Below are positions 1-10,094 of a stretch of DNA of 55,702 bases, one piece after another (the first letter of the stretch is position 1; each line of letters opens with the position of its first letter). The position numbers and the translations under genes were made by a program. This DNA is from Chloroflexota bacterium (GTDB taxonomy: Bacteria; Chloroflexota; Dehalococcoidia; UBA2247; JAXHVC01): the NCBI GenBank assembly GCA_034189315.1, contig JAXHVC010000012.1, positions 1-55,702 of the forward strand. The letters are read 5' to 3'. The notes below the pieces were generated by a model. It made no database searches. It saw only the letters and a list, made by a program, of their open reading frames with translations, and had not been told where the DNA came from.

Positions 1-2
1 AC

Positions 3-764
3 GCTGTTATTGGTAAGATAGACACTGTAGATGAGCTATTGACAGATGGGTACGATGCCATCTTCCTGGGGACTGGCGCAGGACTGCCGATGTTTATGAA
101 TATACCTGGAGAAAATGCTTGCGGTATATACTCTGCTAACGAGTTCCTAACCAGAACTAACCTCATGAAAGCCTACCTCTTTCCAGAGTACGATACCCCC
201 ATTCAGAAAGCTCGCAAGGTGGCCGTAATTGGTGGCGGCAATGTGGCTATGGATTCAGCACGATGCGCCCTAAGGCTAGGGGCCGAAGAAGTTTACATAA
301 TTTATCGGCGTTCAGAAGCTGAGCTTCCGGCAAGAAGAGAAGAAGTCGAGAATGCGCAGGAAGAGGGTATCATCTTCAAACTCCTTACCAATCCTAAGAG
401 GTTTATCAGCAATGAGGCAGGTTGGGTTACAGCTATCGAATGCCATGAGATGGAACTTGGTGAACCAGACGAAAGTGGTAGACGTAGGCCAGTCGTGAAA
501 GAAGGTAGTGAATTCACCATAGATATCGATACGGTAGTTGTAGCCTTGGGTACCACACCAAATCCTCTTGTCCCTTCTACAACAGAAGGACTAGTGACAA
601 CCAAGAAGGGAACTGTCGTCGCAGATGAACAAACCGGCAAAACCAAGAAGGACCGTGTATGGGCCGGAGGTGACTTGGTCACCGGAGCAGCCACAGTGAT
701 CAGTGCGATGGGTGCAGGAAAGAGGGCCGCTGAGGATATAGATGCCTTCCTCAGAGGGAAATAG
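3..764 (+). CDS. NADPH-dependent glutamate synthase small-subunit-like oxidoreductase (SudA/NfnB family), 5' partial
   Basis: Motifs GIYSANEFL, VIGGGNVAMD, YRRS..E.PAR.EE and AGGDLVTGAATVISAM. The frame is open back to the window edge. Confidence 0.9.
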   Translation, partial: AVIGKIDTVDELLTDGYDAIFLGTGAGLPMFMNIPGENACGIYSANEFLTRTNLMKAYLFPEYDTPIQKARKVAVIGGGNVAMDSARCALRLGAEEVYIIYRRSEAELPARREEVENAQEEGIIFKLLTNPKRFISNEAGWVTAIECHEMELGEPDESGRRRPVVKEGSEFTIDIDTVVVALGTTPNPLVPSTTEGLVTTKKGTVVADEQTGKTKKDRVWAGGDLVTGAATVISAMGAGKRAAEDIDAFLRGK

Positions 765-808
765 GACACCTTCCATAGTAACCTTTGCTACTAATCACTA
801 AGAAAACA

Positions 809-848
809 AGCCTGCCTCTTTTCCAGAAACAGGAAGAAGAGGCAGGCT
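809..848 (+). terminator. Hairpin, probable intrinsic terminator
   Basis: AGCCTGCCTCTT (809-820) pairs perfectly with AAGAGGCAGGCT (837-848), 45 bp after the stop codon, followed by an A/T-rich tract. Confidence 0.65.
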
Positions 849-930
849 ATTATGTTTATCGTGTTAGTAGGTCATGGAGGGACCACTTCCTCGAAAACAT
901 TCAACACATCAGTACTATATGAATAGCCAA

Positions 931-959
931 TTGACAATACTCAATACTGTTGGCATACT
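931..959 (+). promoter_or_regulatory. Sigma70-type promoter upstream of selD
   Basis: TTGACA (931-936), 17-nt spacer, CATACT (954-959), with an extended -10 TG at 951-952. Confidence 0.6.
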
Positions 960-1060
960 GACGTTCAATTAGTCAAATACTATTCAATGGCAACACGCCT
1001 CCGTATCACCAAAGCCGATTGAATACAAGATACCAATCAATATGGGATTACGATCGTAAC

Positions 1061-2113
1061 ATGAACAGAAAGCCAAACATACGGCTAACAGAAATGGTTC
1101 ACGGTGCAGGCTGAGCCTGCAAGATGGGTCCAGGGGACCTGGACAAAGCACTCCGCGATCTGCCAACCATGTCGCACCCAAACCTGATCAGGGGATTGGA
1201 AAAGGCCGATGATGCTGGTGTATACAAGTTGAGAGATGACCTGGCTATAATTCAAACCGTTGATTTCTTCACCCCAATCGTGGACGAACCATATGATTTC
1301 GGTCAAATTGCCGTGGCAAATGCATTGAGCGATGTTTATGCAATGGGAGGAACCCCTCTAACTGCAATGAATATCGTTTGTTTTCCTGTGAATACTATGG
1401 ATATTTCCATCCTGAGAGACATACTCCTGGGTGGATTTGATAAAATGAAGGAAGCTGAAGTTCTACTTGTTGGGGGGCATAGTGTAGAGGATCCAGAACT
1501 CAAGTATGGACTCTCCGTAACAGGCACTGCCCATCCAAATCAAATACTAGTTAATACAAATGCTCTACCAGGTGACAGTCTTGTTCTCACCAAACCTTTA
1601 GGAACGGGTATCATAAATACCGCTGCAAAGGGTAATATGGTCACCAAAGAACTCATAGCTAAGGCAACAGAATGCATGTCAACTCTGAACAAGACCGCCT
1701 CTGAAATAATGCAAGAAATCGGAGTGCATGCTTGTACCGATGTAACCGGCTTTGGATTGCTTGGACATGCATGTGAGATGATCGAAGGCACTGGCAAAGG
1801 TATGATCATCCATACTTCATCTATACCTTACTTCCCTGAGATTCAGGAGCTCGTAGAAACGGGATTAGTTCCTGGTGGGTTACACCGCAACAAACAATTC
1901 CGCATCAACATGATACAATCAGAGCCCAATATTCCCTATTGGATGATAGACATTCTATTCGATCCACAAACCTCAGGAGGATTGCTGATTGCGCTGCACC
2001 CTAAGAAGGCAAAGGTGCTGCTCGATCGCCTGCACAGGGCCAACATAACCGATGTGGCTATAATCGGTGAGATCACCGATTCCCCAAATGAAAAGATATT
2101 AATCAGGCAATAG
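1061..2113 (+). CDS. selD: Selenide, water dikinase (selenophosphate synthetase), selenocysteine-containing
   Basis: ATG at 1061 gives MNRKPNIRLTEMVHGAG-U-ACKMGPG, with an in-frame TGA (1112-1114) at the catalytic Cys/Sec position. Downstream motifs: DDAGVY, QTVDFFTP, ANALSDVYAMGG, DVTGFGLLGH, DPQTSGGLL. Confidence 0.95.
1128..1144 (+). promoter_or_regulatory. Bacterial SECIS-like hairpin
   Basis: GTCCAGG-GGA-CCTGGAC: perfect 7-bp stem with a G-first loop starting about 20 nt after the UGA. Confidence 0.75.
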
Positions 2114-2234
2114 CTTTCTCGAATATAATTTGACATAATGTCTACAGTTTTTAATACTTGCATTTAACTATTGGCCAACAATCATCAGACAATACCTTTC
2201 ATATAATTCTCTGGATTAGTAGCTAGGTTATAAG

Positions 2235-3356
2235 GTGCAGATTCTGCAATTGTTTCTTGTTATTGTCGCATTACTCCTCGGTTTGTTCCTGATGTGGCAT
2301 ATACGCCCATTGAATCATAAGAGCCATCCCACCTTTCCCAGCCATACCAGTTGCTCATATCCAAATGTATCAGTTATCATACCTGCGCGAAATGAATCAC
2401 ACAACATAGTCAGATTACTACAATCACTGAAATGTCAAACATTTCCACCACTAGAAGTAGTAGTGGTAGACGACGATTCTACGGACGATACAGCCAACAT
2501 AGCCAAGCAACTGAAATCAAAGGTCATAAGCATAAAAGGACCTCCAGTAGGCTGGTGCGGCAAATCATGGGCTTGTTGGCAGGGGGTGCAAAACAGTAGT
2601 GGTGATCTATTGTTATTCCTCGACGCGGATACTTGGATGGAAACCCATGGTATTGAAATGATTGTTTCTGCCCATTCAGAGTATGGCGGTATGATCTCGA
2701 CCCATCCCTTTCACGTAACGCAAAAGTTCTATGAGCAATTCTCAGCCTTCTTCAATATAGTATCCATGGCAGGCATTAACGCTTTTACGCCACTCGGCAC
2801 TAGGCTTCAGCCTAGAGGAGCATTTGGCCAATGTATGGCTTGTAGTAGAGAGGACTACCTTAAGGTTGGCGGACACTCAGCAGTAAAGGGTGAGATAATC
2901 GAAGATGTAGAATTGGCAATAGTCTTCTCTAAACATAGTCTGCCCGTGACATGCTTCGGCGGGCAAGATACCATCTCATCCAGAATGTACCCAGATGGCT
3001 TCAGGCAACTCGTCGAGGGTTGGAGCAAGAATCTCGGCAGTGGAGCATTTCATATAAGAACATCTTTTCTTCTTATGATCTTTATGTGGATTACAGGGGC
3101 CTTTCAGTCATTCCTTACTTTAGCATTATCGTTAACACCGCCTACTCAAATCACCCCACTATACACCATACCGTATGTACTATACACGATAGAAATCGGA
3201 TGGATTTTGAAACGCATTGGAAATTTCCACACATGGGTTATCGTCCTTTTTCCCATACCTCTCATATTCTTCGCCATAATAACAACTCGATCTCTGATCC
3301 TGACCTACTTTTTAAAACGTGTTAAGTGGAAAGGACGCACCATAGCTACCACCTAA
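2235..3356 (+). CDS. GT2 glycosyltransferase, CrtQ-like (4,4'-diaponeurosporenoate glycosyltransferase family)
   Basis: VIIPARNE, DDDSTD, GW.GK.WAC, FLDAD, EDVEL, RMYP.G...L..GW.KN. Has N- and C-terminal TM helices. Confidence 0.8.
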   Translation: MQILQLFLVIVALLLGLFLMWHIRPLNHKSHPTFPSHTSCSYPNVSVIIPARNESHNIVRLLQSLKCQTFPPLEVVVVDDDSTDDTANIAKQLKSKVISIKGPPVGWCGKSWACWQGVQNSSGDLLLFLDADTWMETHGIEMIVSAHSEYGGMISTHPFHVTQKFYEQFSAFFNIVSMAGINAFTPLGTRLQPRGAFGQCMACSREDYLKVGGHSAVKGEIIEDVELAIVFSKHSLPVTCFGGQDTISSRMYPDGFRQLVEGWSKNLGSGAFHIRTSFLLMIFMWITGAFQSFLTLALSLTPPTQITPLYTIPYVLYTIEIGWILKRIGNFHTWVIVLFPIPLIFFAIITTRSLILTYFLKRVKWKGRTIATT

Positions 3357-3455
3357 TATAATAATGATCCCTATTTGGTAACCGTGAAATCAATTAGGCA
3401 AGATGATGCTATAGATAGCAAAACAATCTCTAATTCTATTGACTACAGAAAAACC

Positions 3456-3929
3456 ATGGAGTTATCTGGATATTGGCTTCTTATAACAAACGCTGTAGGT
3501 TGGATGATCATGCAAGTCGGAATAGGATACTTTGTCACAAAGATACCAGATTCTTTTCTAGATCATAAACTTTGGCTGTTTAAGACACGTAGTTGGGAAA
3601 GAGCTGGTTCAATATATGATAGGTGCTTTTTTGTCAGAAGATGGAAATCATTGCTTCCTTCTGGCGCTACAATACTGGGTGGATTCTCTATTAAACGCGT
3701 CTCCTCTCGTAATGAAGAGTACCTGAAGCAATGGGGACGTGAGTCTTGCCGAGCTGAATTGACCCACTGGTTCTGTATCATCCCAGTTCTGTTATTCTTT
3801 GTATGGAATCCATTAATAGGTGACATTATTAACTTAGCCTATGCCTTGGTAGCTAACCTACCTTGCATCATTGCCCAACGTTACAATAGACCTCGTATAT
3901 TGATATTCCTTGCGAAGCATTTTGGTTGA
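3456..3929 (+). CDS. CrtO-like glycosyl-4,4'-diaponeurosporenoate acyltransferase family membrane protein
   Basis: WE..G.IY....VRRWK..LP, ESCRAELTHW and NLPCIIAQRYNRPR motifs. ATG at 3456 preferred over the upstream TTG at 3375. Confidence 0.75.
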   Translation: MELSGYWLLITNAVGWMIMQVGIGYFVTKIPDSFLDHKLWLFKTRSWERAGSIYDRCFFVRRWKSLLPSGATILGGFSIKRVSSRNEEYLKQWGRESCRAELTHWFCIIPVLLFFVWNPLIGDIINLAYALVANLPCIIAQRYNRPRILIFLAKHFG

Positions 3930-3955
3930 CATAATGTTTCGGAGCTAAATACAAA

Positions 3956-5539
3956 TTAGAACTTGATAATATTTGGATTATTCCCTCCGTATGATACAAA
4001 ACCTGGCTTTCCAATGAATTCTTCTGACTCCATAGCTACGAAGAGAGCCATATCCTTCTCCGTATTTGCCCAGCATCTCCTACCATCTTGAAGTCGAGCT
4101 ACCACAATAGCGTAATCAGGATTCCCCTGCCTGTCATGCATTACGGTATAGGTCTCCACAACTGCAGGACCTTCTGGATCCAGAGCTAGACCCGGACTCT
4201 CCATAGCATCAAGTTTCTGCTGGATGTAATACTGTCCCTGTCTGTTCCACAATTTTGTAGGCTCTATTCCACTATAAATACCAGCCGCGTGTTTTGTGAT
4301 ATACCAACCCAGAGCAGATATATATCCATATTGATTAGGATGCTGTCTGATTCTTTCAACAGCTTCGGCTATAGCATGCATAGTATAGTTATTACCCGCA
4401 CCACCGAAGTATGGTAGTCCCCCCGTTATAGTAAGAGGAGGAAGAGAATCAAGATCCAGTCCCATAGACTTTGCTGCCACAATGGGCGCACAAGGAAAAC
4501 AGCTATAGAGATCAAAGAAACTAACTTGATCGAGGTCTATTCCAGTCATTTCAAGAGTAGCCCTGGATATCTCCTGTATAGCTGGGCTGAGTGAATAATC
4601 CACCCTATCCGATACAAACCACTTGTCAATCGCTTCGGCACCACCATGGAGATATACCCTCTTATGCTTTGGGATAGAGAGCTTCTCTGCCATCTCATCA
4701 CTAGTGAGAATCACTCCAGCAGCTTGGTTAACATCAATAACCGAATTCATGAATTTTGTATAGGGAAATCCGATTATTCTGTTGATGTCCGAAACCTCAC
4801 CTATCTCGCTACTTGTTCTAGCTTTAGGGAACCAAGCAAACTGATTTTGTGATGCTATTTCAGAAAATCCAGCGCAGAATTCACTCAAAAACATTTTGTG
4901 CTTCTCAATGCTAAGACCACGGGCCCCCCGGAGCGCATTTTCAAATAACGGGTAAATCTGAATCGGGAGTGTCGCACCATGAAGTATCTCGTGAGCACTG
5001 GTTCCCGATCTATCATCACCAATTATGGTTAGAGGTGATCGAGAGTGATCAGCCTGAGAATCCCCGTGATAAACATCACTCAGAGTATCCCCTAAACTGG
5101 CACTCAATTGCTGATTTGCAGAACCACTGGCTGTAACAGGCCAAGGTATGGTATAACCAGCCCGTACCGCTTTGGTAACCGTATACATTGCCTCTGCACC
5201 TACGAGAAGGGCAATCTCTATCTCGCCGCTAGTGATTTTATCTGCAGCCCGGTTAACCAGCCATTGAGGGGTGTTACCCCCAATAAGCGTATATTCCTTA
5301 ATCCGAGGCCTTATATCAAGCATCTCACAAAGCAGCCCCACAGGATCCGTATACTGCCACGATAGAATATTGACCACACTAAGGCTATCCACATATGACA
5401 ATATATTGAGGCATCCACAATCCGACACACAGTTTTGAATAGCTTCCTTTGCCAGGCCTATTGGAGATGGAGCATTCTCAAACTCCACAGAGCGATTGAT
5501 AGACTGTCCTACTCCTATGATTATTGGATGTCTGGTCAC
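3956..5539 (-). CDS. Atypical acetyl-CoA acetyltransferase (thiolase-like, long form)
   Basis: PIIIGVGQ, GGNTPQ, YPLFENA, FPYTK.M, DVNQAA, DLYSCFP, TGGLPYFGGAGNNY.MHAIA, ETYTV. Start placed at GTG 5539. Confidence 0.85.
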   Translation of the reverse strand: MTRHPIIIGVGQSINRSVEFENAPSPIGLAKEAIQNCVSDCGCLNILSYVDSLSVVNILSWQYTDPVGLLCEMLDIRPRIKEYTLIGGNTPQWLVNRAADKITSGEIEIALLVGAEAMYTVTKAVRAGYTIPWPVTASGSANQQLSASLGDTLSDVYHGDSQADHSRSPLTIIGDDRSGTSAHEILHGATLPIQIYPLFENALRGARGLSIEKHKMFLSEFCAGFSEIASQNQFAWFPKARTSSEIGEVSDINRIIGFPYTKFMNSVIDVNQAAGVILTSDEMAEKLSIPKHKRVYLHGGAEAIDKWFVSDRVDYSLSPAIQEISRATLEMTGIDLDQVSFFDLYSCFPCAPIVAAKSMGLDLDSLPPLTITGGLPYFGGAGNNYTMHAIAEAVERIRQHPNQYGYISALGWYITKHAAGIYSGIEPTKLWNRQGQYYIQQKLDAMESPGLALDPEGPAVVETYTVMHDRQGNPDYAIVVARLQDGRRCWANTEKDMALFVAMESEEFIGKPGFVSYGGNNPNIIKF

Positions 5540-5621
5540 GACAATCCACCCCTTCTGCAATTCTCAGTCTCTCATTTATTGGCAACCACCATAAACCCAT
5601 TTAACCGATAAATACACACTA

Positions 5622-5903
5622 CTATACTCCATCCCAACCTGCCAACCTCACCCACAGCCACCAAGCAGCATATGCCTTCATATTGGCATTCAAAGGCTGA
5701 CTATGAGCAGAGCCACAGTTATACCATTCCCCCGGATGAGCATCCTGCCACTCCGTAGCCCAGTTAGCATCCCTCACCCCATCTGCATCCGAGTCATAAT
5801 CACAGTTATCATTGGGGATTTTATCCCCGTAGTATGTTCCATCTGGATCATAGGATTCGATGTCAGCAAAGTCATACAGTATCCTATCGTTCGCCATACA
5901 ATA
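5622..5903 (-). pseudogene. C-terminal fragment of a conserved hypothetical protein
   Basis: Protein-like tail (DYC.AN..ILYDFADIESYDPDG...CGSAHSQPLNANMKAYAAWWLW.RLAGWDG) with no plausible N-terminus or RBS. Confidence 0.5.
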
Positions 5904-6074
5904 GTCCAGACCAATTCGCCTCAATAGTCAATGTTTGGTGAGACCGTTCTATTATGAGACGATTAGTATCAAGATCTCTTACTCACTACTTCTGGTAGTA
6001 GAATCTAGATGTTTTTGCACTAAAACATTACCGTTCCTTCCAAGTATCAAGCGCTGCACCATGAATCGTATTAT

Positions 6075-6114
6075 TGACATAATTGTATTATCATATTTGA
6101 TATAAATTATGTCA
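6075..6114. repeat. Inverted repeat TGACATAATT...AATTATGTCA with inner TATCA/TGATA palindrome
   Basis: 10-bp arms at 6075-6084 and 6105-6114 in an AT-rich intergenic region. Confidence 0.5.
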
Positions 6115-6376
6115 CGATGCAGAGTACTACTGCAATGTCCATTTTACATAATTTTTGCATTATAACATCTTAACGGATTATGCTAAATCGCCTCAACCGA
6201 TCCATTCTGAACACTACATTCCTTGATAAAACACCATATCAAAGATTGAATCATATTAGACAGCCTCACCCTTGGTCATTATACTGTTACAATCAAGATT
6301 TCAACTTCGTCGTAATAAAAGTCTATCGTTCCAGGAAAGCCCCTAAATATAGCTTGAAGTATGGTTATTAGCTACT

Positions 6377-7165
6377 ATGTATGACATCATCGATACACAT
6401 GCTCACCTTGATGAACTTGATGATATCGATCTGGCTCTTTATGAGGCTCGGAAATCTGGGGTGATTGGCATTATCGCTGTCGGCTCCTCTCCCCAATCCA
6501 ATGAAGTCCTCCTTCAACTAAGCGAGAGATATGCTCCGTTTGTATATCCAGCGCTCGGACTACACCCCAGCGAAGTAGGACATCTTACGCCCAAGCAATT
6601 GGATACCTCTCTACAGTTTATCCAGGAGAACGCCTCTGGCTGCGTGGCAATAGGTGAAATTGGCCTAGACTACAACAAGCGGATTCTAAAGACCTCTCCC
6701 AAAGAAATCCAAAAGCAAGCACTACGTAGCCAACTTGAACTTGCGAAACAACTAGGCAAACCAGTTATCATTCACAGCCGATACGCATGGAAGGATTGTT
6801 ACGATGCAGTTAGTGAGTCAGAAGTCGACAATGCTGTCTTCCATTGGTATACTGGGATATCTAGTGTACGTAAGTCCATAGTCGAAAAGGGGTACTACCT
6901 CTCGGCAACTCCGGCGACAGAGTATCACGAAGAACACCGTAGAGCCATCAAAGATACCCCCCTCAATAGGCTAATGATCGAAACAGACTGTCCCGTATCA
7001 TATGGTCGGGAATTCAGGTATGTCTCGAAACCTGCAGATGCTACTAGAAGCGTACGGGCAGTTTCTTCGCTCAAAGGTATTAATGAGGAGTCAATCGCCA
7101 GAGAGACCACACAAAACGCACAACTTTTTTTCGGACTAACCGAACTACACAGTGGAGAACACTAA
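6377..7165 (+). CDS. tatD: TatD family metal-dependent hydrolase/DNase
   Basis: IDTHAHL, GLHP, IGEIGLDY, IIHSR, FHWY and ETD.P motifs. Confidence 0.9.
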   Translation: MYDIIDTHAHLDELDDIDLALYEARKSGVIGIIAVGSSPQSNEVLLQLSERYAPFVYPALGLHPSEVGHLTPKQLDTSLQFIQENASGCVAIGEIGLDYNKRILKTSPKEIQKQALRSQLELAKQLGKPVIIHSRYAWKDCYDAVSESEVDNAVFHWYTGISSVRKSIVEKGYYLSATPATEYHEEHRRAIKDTPLNRLMIETDCPVSYGREFRYVSKPADATRSVRAVSSLKGINEESIARETTQNAQLFFGLTELHSGEH

Positions 7166-7246
7166 AGCTTGGGGGATTATGCGACAGTTACAAGGTTCCC
7201 CATCTCTGACAACCAAGAGCCATTGGTTAGCTAGAAGGAGGACAGA

Positions 7247-8668
7247 ATGGCTGGGATCACATCGTATGGTGCTTATGTCCCGCTGTATAGACTGAGTCGA
7301 GCAGATATATCCAAGGCATGGGGCATCCCAGGTCCAATAGGTGAGAAGGCAGTTGCTAATTATGATGAAGACACTCTCACTATGGCTGTTGCCGCTGGAA
7401 TAGATTGTCTCAAAGACATAGATCCAGAAAGTGTGGATGGAGTCTACTTTGCCTCAACTTCCGCCCCATACAAGGAAAAACAATCGGCAACTATAATCGC
7501 TACTGCATTAGGGCTCAATAAGGGAGCTATAACCTCCGATTTTGCCAACTCTCTGAGAGGGGGGACGATTGCACTTCGCGCTGCTTTGGATTCCGTTGCC
7601 GCTGGATCAGCAAGGAACATTCTAGTGATAGCATCGGATATGAGGCTTGGAGCCCCAAGAGGGGATAAAGAAATGGCCTTTGGAGACGGGGCTGCAGCTC
7701 TCCTGGTAGGCAACTCCAATAATGCTGTTGATATTGAGAGCACTTATTCTGTATTTGACGAGATTTTTGATACATGGAGATCCAGTAACGATACCTATGC
7801 AAGGACTTCAGAGGATCGCTTTCTGAGGGATTCTGGACATACTCGGATTGTCCCAGAGGCAGTCTCCATCGTAATGAAGGAACATAATCTAACACAAGCA
7901 GATTTTTCTAAAGTAGTTATATCTGCCTCCGATCCTAAACAGCTAGCCGCAGCAGCAGGAAGACTCAAGTTGGATACTAAAACACAAGTCCAAGATCTCC
8001 TTCACGAACAAATCGGAAACACAGGGACAGCTCTTCCGTTGATGCTGCTGGTGGCAGCACTAGAAGAAGCAAAAGCAGATGATAAGCTACTTCTAGCTGC
8101 CTATGGGGACGGATGCGATGTACTCGTAATGAAGGTAACCAATCAGCTTGAAAAAGTAAAGGATCGCAGGGGTATCAAGTGCCATCTGGAATCCAAGAGA
8201 ATGATAGGATCCTATCAGAAATATATGATATGGCGTGAGCTGATATTCACCGAGCCCCCTGCTCGTCCACCAATAATGCCTGTGGCATTACCGGCATCTT
8301 GGAGAGACCGGAACTGGGGACTATCCCTCCGAGGATCCAAATGCAAAAGCTGTGGCACTCCACAGTATCCCATGCAACGTGTATGTGTTATATGTCAATC
8401 AGAAGATCAATATGAACCATATGCCTTCAGTCGACAAAGAGGTAAAGTATTCACTTTTTCTCACGACAATCTAGCTGGAGCAATCGATCCGCCAAGCACT
8501 ATAGCCTCAGTCGATTTTGAAGGCGGAGGGCGTATCATGTGTGATATGACCGATAGAGATCCTGAAGAGGTCAAAACGGATATGCCTGTCGAAATGACGT
8601 TTCGGAAGCTTCATACAGTGAATGGCGTCCACAATTACTGGTGGAAGTGTGCACCGATCAGATGCTAG
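7247..8668 (+). CDS. HMG-CoA synthase-like fold fused to a C-terminal Zn-ribbon/OB-fold (DUF35/ChsH2-like) domain
   Basis: GITSYGAYVP..RL, DEDTLTMA, GDGAAA, GNTG and YGDG motifs. C-terminus has CKSC...P....C..C plus an OB fold ending MTFRK...YWWK. Confidence 0.85.
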   Translation: MAGITSYGAYVPLYRLSRADISKAWGIPGPIGEKAVANYDEDTLTMAVAAGIDCLKDIDPESVDGVYFASTSAPYKEKQSATIIATALGLNKGAITSDFANSLRGGTIALRAALDSVAAGSARNILVIASDMRLGAPRGDKEMAFGDGAAALLVGNSNNAVDIESTYSVFDEIFDTWRSSNDTYARTSEDRFLRDSGHTRIVPEAVSIVMKEHNLTQADFSKVVISASDPKQLAAAAGRLKLDTKTQVQDLLHEQIGNTGTALPLMLLVAALEEAKADDKLLLAAYGDGCDVLVMKVTNQLEKVKDRRGIKCHLESKRMIGSYQKYMIWRELIFTEPPARPPIMPVALPASWRDRNWGLSLRGSKCKSCGTPQYPMQRVCVICQSEDQYEPYAFSRQRGKVFTFSHDNLAGAIDPPSTIASVDFEGGGRIMCDMTDRDPEEVKTDMPVEMTFRKLHTVNGVHNYWWKCAPIRC

Positions 8669-8768
8669 AAGTAGTTAAATGACCTTCGCTGGGAATGTCA
8701 GATAGTACATACTAAACAGGTATGAGAGCTAGCACGCCTAGCCCAGAGCCAAAGATAAGGAGAGGGAA

Positions 8769-9938
8769 ATGGGGAGCATCAAAGATAGAGTCGCTATAGT
8801 CGGCATGGGATGCACTCAATTTGGCGAACGATGGGATAAGAGCGCTGATGACCTGATCATCGATGCTGCGCATGAGGCATTCGAGGATGCAGGTATAGAT
8901 CGCAAAGATGTTCAAGCAGCTTGGGTAGGAACCACCGGGTCAGGAACTACAGGAAGATGTCTCAGCGAACCCCTGAAACTTCAATACTGCCCTGTCACCA
9001 GAGTAGAAAACGCTTGTGCTACAGGATCCGATGCATTGCGGAATGCATGTTATGCTGTTGCCGCAGGGATATATGATATTGTCCTAGCGCTCGGCTTTGA
9101 GAAGCTCAAGGATTCTGGATATAGTGGTTTAGCAGTATCCCAAGTGCAGGGTACCAATAGAGAACAGACTAAGACAGCCCCTGCTCACTTTGCCCTCTTA
9201 GCAACAAGATACTTCTCCCAATACGGATTGAGTCCAGAAGAGGGCAAAAAGATGATAGGGAGAATTTCTGTTAAGAGCCACAAGAATGGGACACTAAGTC
9301 CGAAGGCTCACTTCAAGAAAGAGATTTCAATAGAACAAGTCCTCCGTGCACCAATAGTCGCTTGGCCTTTGGGATTGTTTGACTGCTGTGGGGTTAGCGA
9401 TGGGGCAGCAGCAGCCATCGTAACCAGAGCAGAAATAGCAAAGAACTTCAGATCGGATCCAGTGTATGTAAAGGCCCTACAGATATCCGTGGGCCACATG
9501 GAAGGATTCCTAAGGTCTGATTACGATTGGACCCATGTGGAAGAGACAAGACGAGCTGCTGCCGCAGCTTATGCGGAGGCAGGTATAAAGAATCCTCGTG
9601 AAGAGATTAGTATGGCGGAAGTTCATGACTGCTTCAGCATTACAGAAGCAGTCACTATGGAAGATCTCCAATTCAGCCCACAAGGGCATGTAAAGGAAGA
9701 TATAGAATCTGGCTTTTTTGACTTGACCGGTCCTCTGCCAGTTCAGCCTGACGGTGGACTGAAATGTTTCGGGCATCCTATAGGTGCCAGTGGCCTCAGG
9801 ATGATGTATGAGATGTACAAACAGCTTCAAGGCAAAGCAGATAAGCGCCAGATCAAGAATCCCAAGCTGGGACTTACACATAATCTAGGTGGATTCCCAG
9901 CAGGTCCGACTATTAGTGCCTTGATAGTCGGCCTCTAA
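8769..9938 (+). CDS. Acetyl-CoA C-acyltransferase (SCP2/archaeal-type thiolase)
   Basis: TRVENACATG (catalytic Cys), SDGAAA, AEVHDCF, GGLK.FGHPIGASG and THNLGG motifs. Confidence 0.9.
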   Translation: MGSIKDRVAIVGMGCTQFGERWDKSADDLIIDAAHEAFEDAGIDRKDVQAAWVGTTGSGTTGRCLSEPLKLQYCPVTRVENACATGSDALRNACYAVAAGIYDIVLALGFEKLKDSGYSGLAVSQVQGTNREQTKTAPAHFALLATRYFSQYGLSPEEGKKMIGRISVKSHKNGTLSPKAHFKKEISIEQVLRAPIVAWPLGLFDCCGVSDGAAAAIVTRAEIAKNFRSDPVYVKALQISVGHMEGFLRSDYDWTHVEETRRAAAAAYAEAGIKNPREEISMAEVHDCFSITEAVTMEDLQFSPQGHVKEDIESGFFDLTGPLPVQPDGGLKCFGHPIGASGLRMMYEMYKQLQGKADKRQIKNPKLGLTHNLGGFPAGPTISALIVGL

Positions 9939-9992
9939 CCTAATAAAAACAGATCAATAGTAAGCTAGGATTGTCGGCGTTTTGGATCAGTC

Positions 9993-10021
9993 AAACCCTC
10001 TCATTGTTTGAGAGGGTTTTT
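9993..10021 (+). terminator. Intrinsic terminator
   Basis: AAACCCTCTCA-TTGTT-TGAGAGGGTTT followed by T residues. Confidence 0.75.
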
Positions 10022-10094
10022 AATATATAATACTATCATCTTTCCATAAATTTAAAAGGTTCCATGTAATGTATAGGAAATCTTTAAAATAGAA

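Noticed and set aside
3939-3948. TCGGAGCTAA matching part of the IS1595 MITE inverted repeat
   Set aside because: Only 10 bp, with no partner repeat or target duplication. Probably chance.
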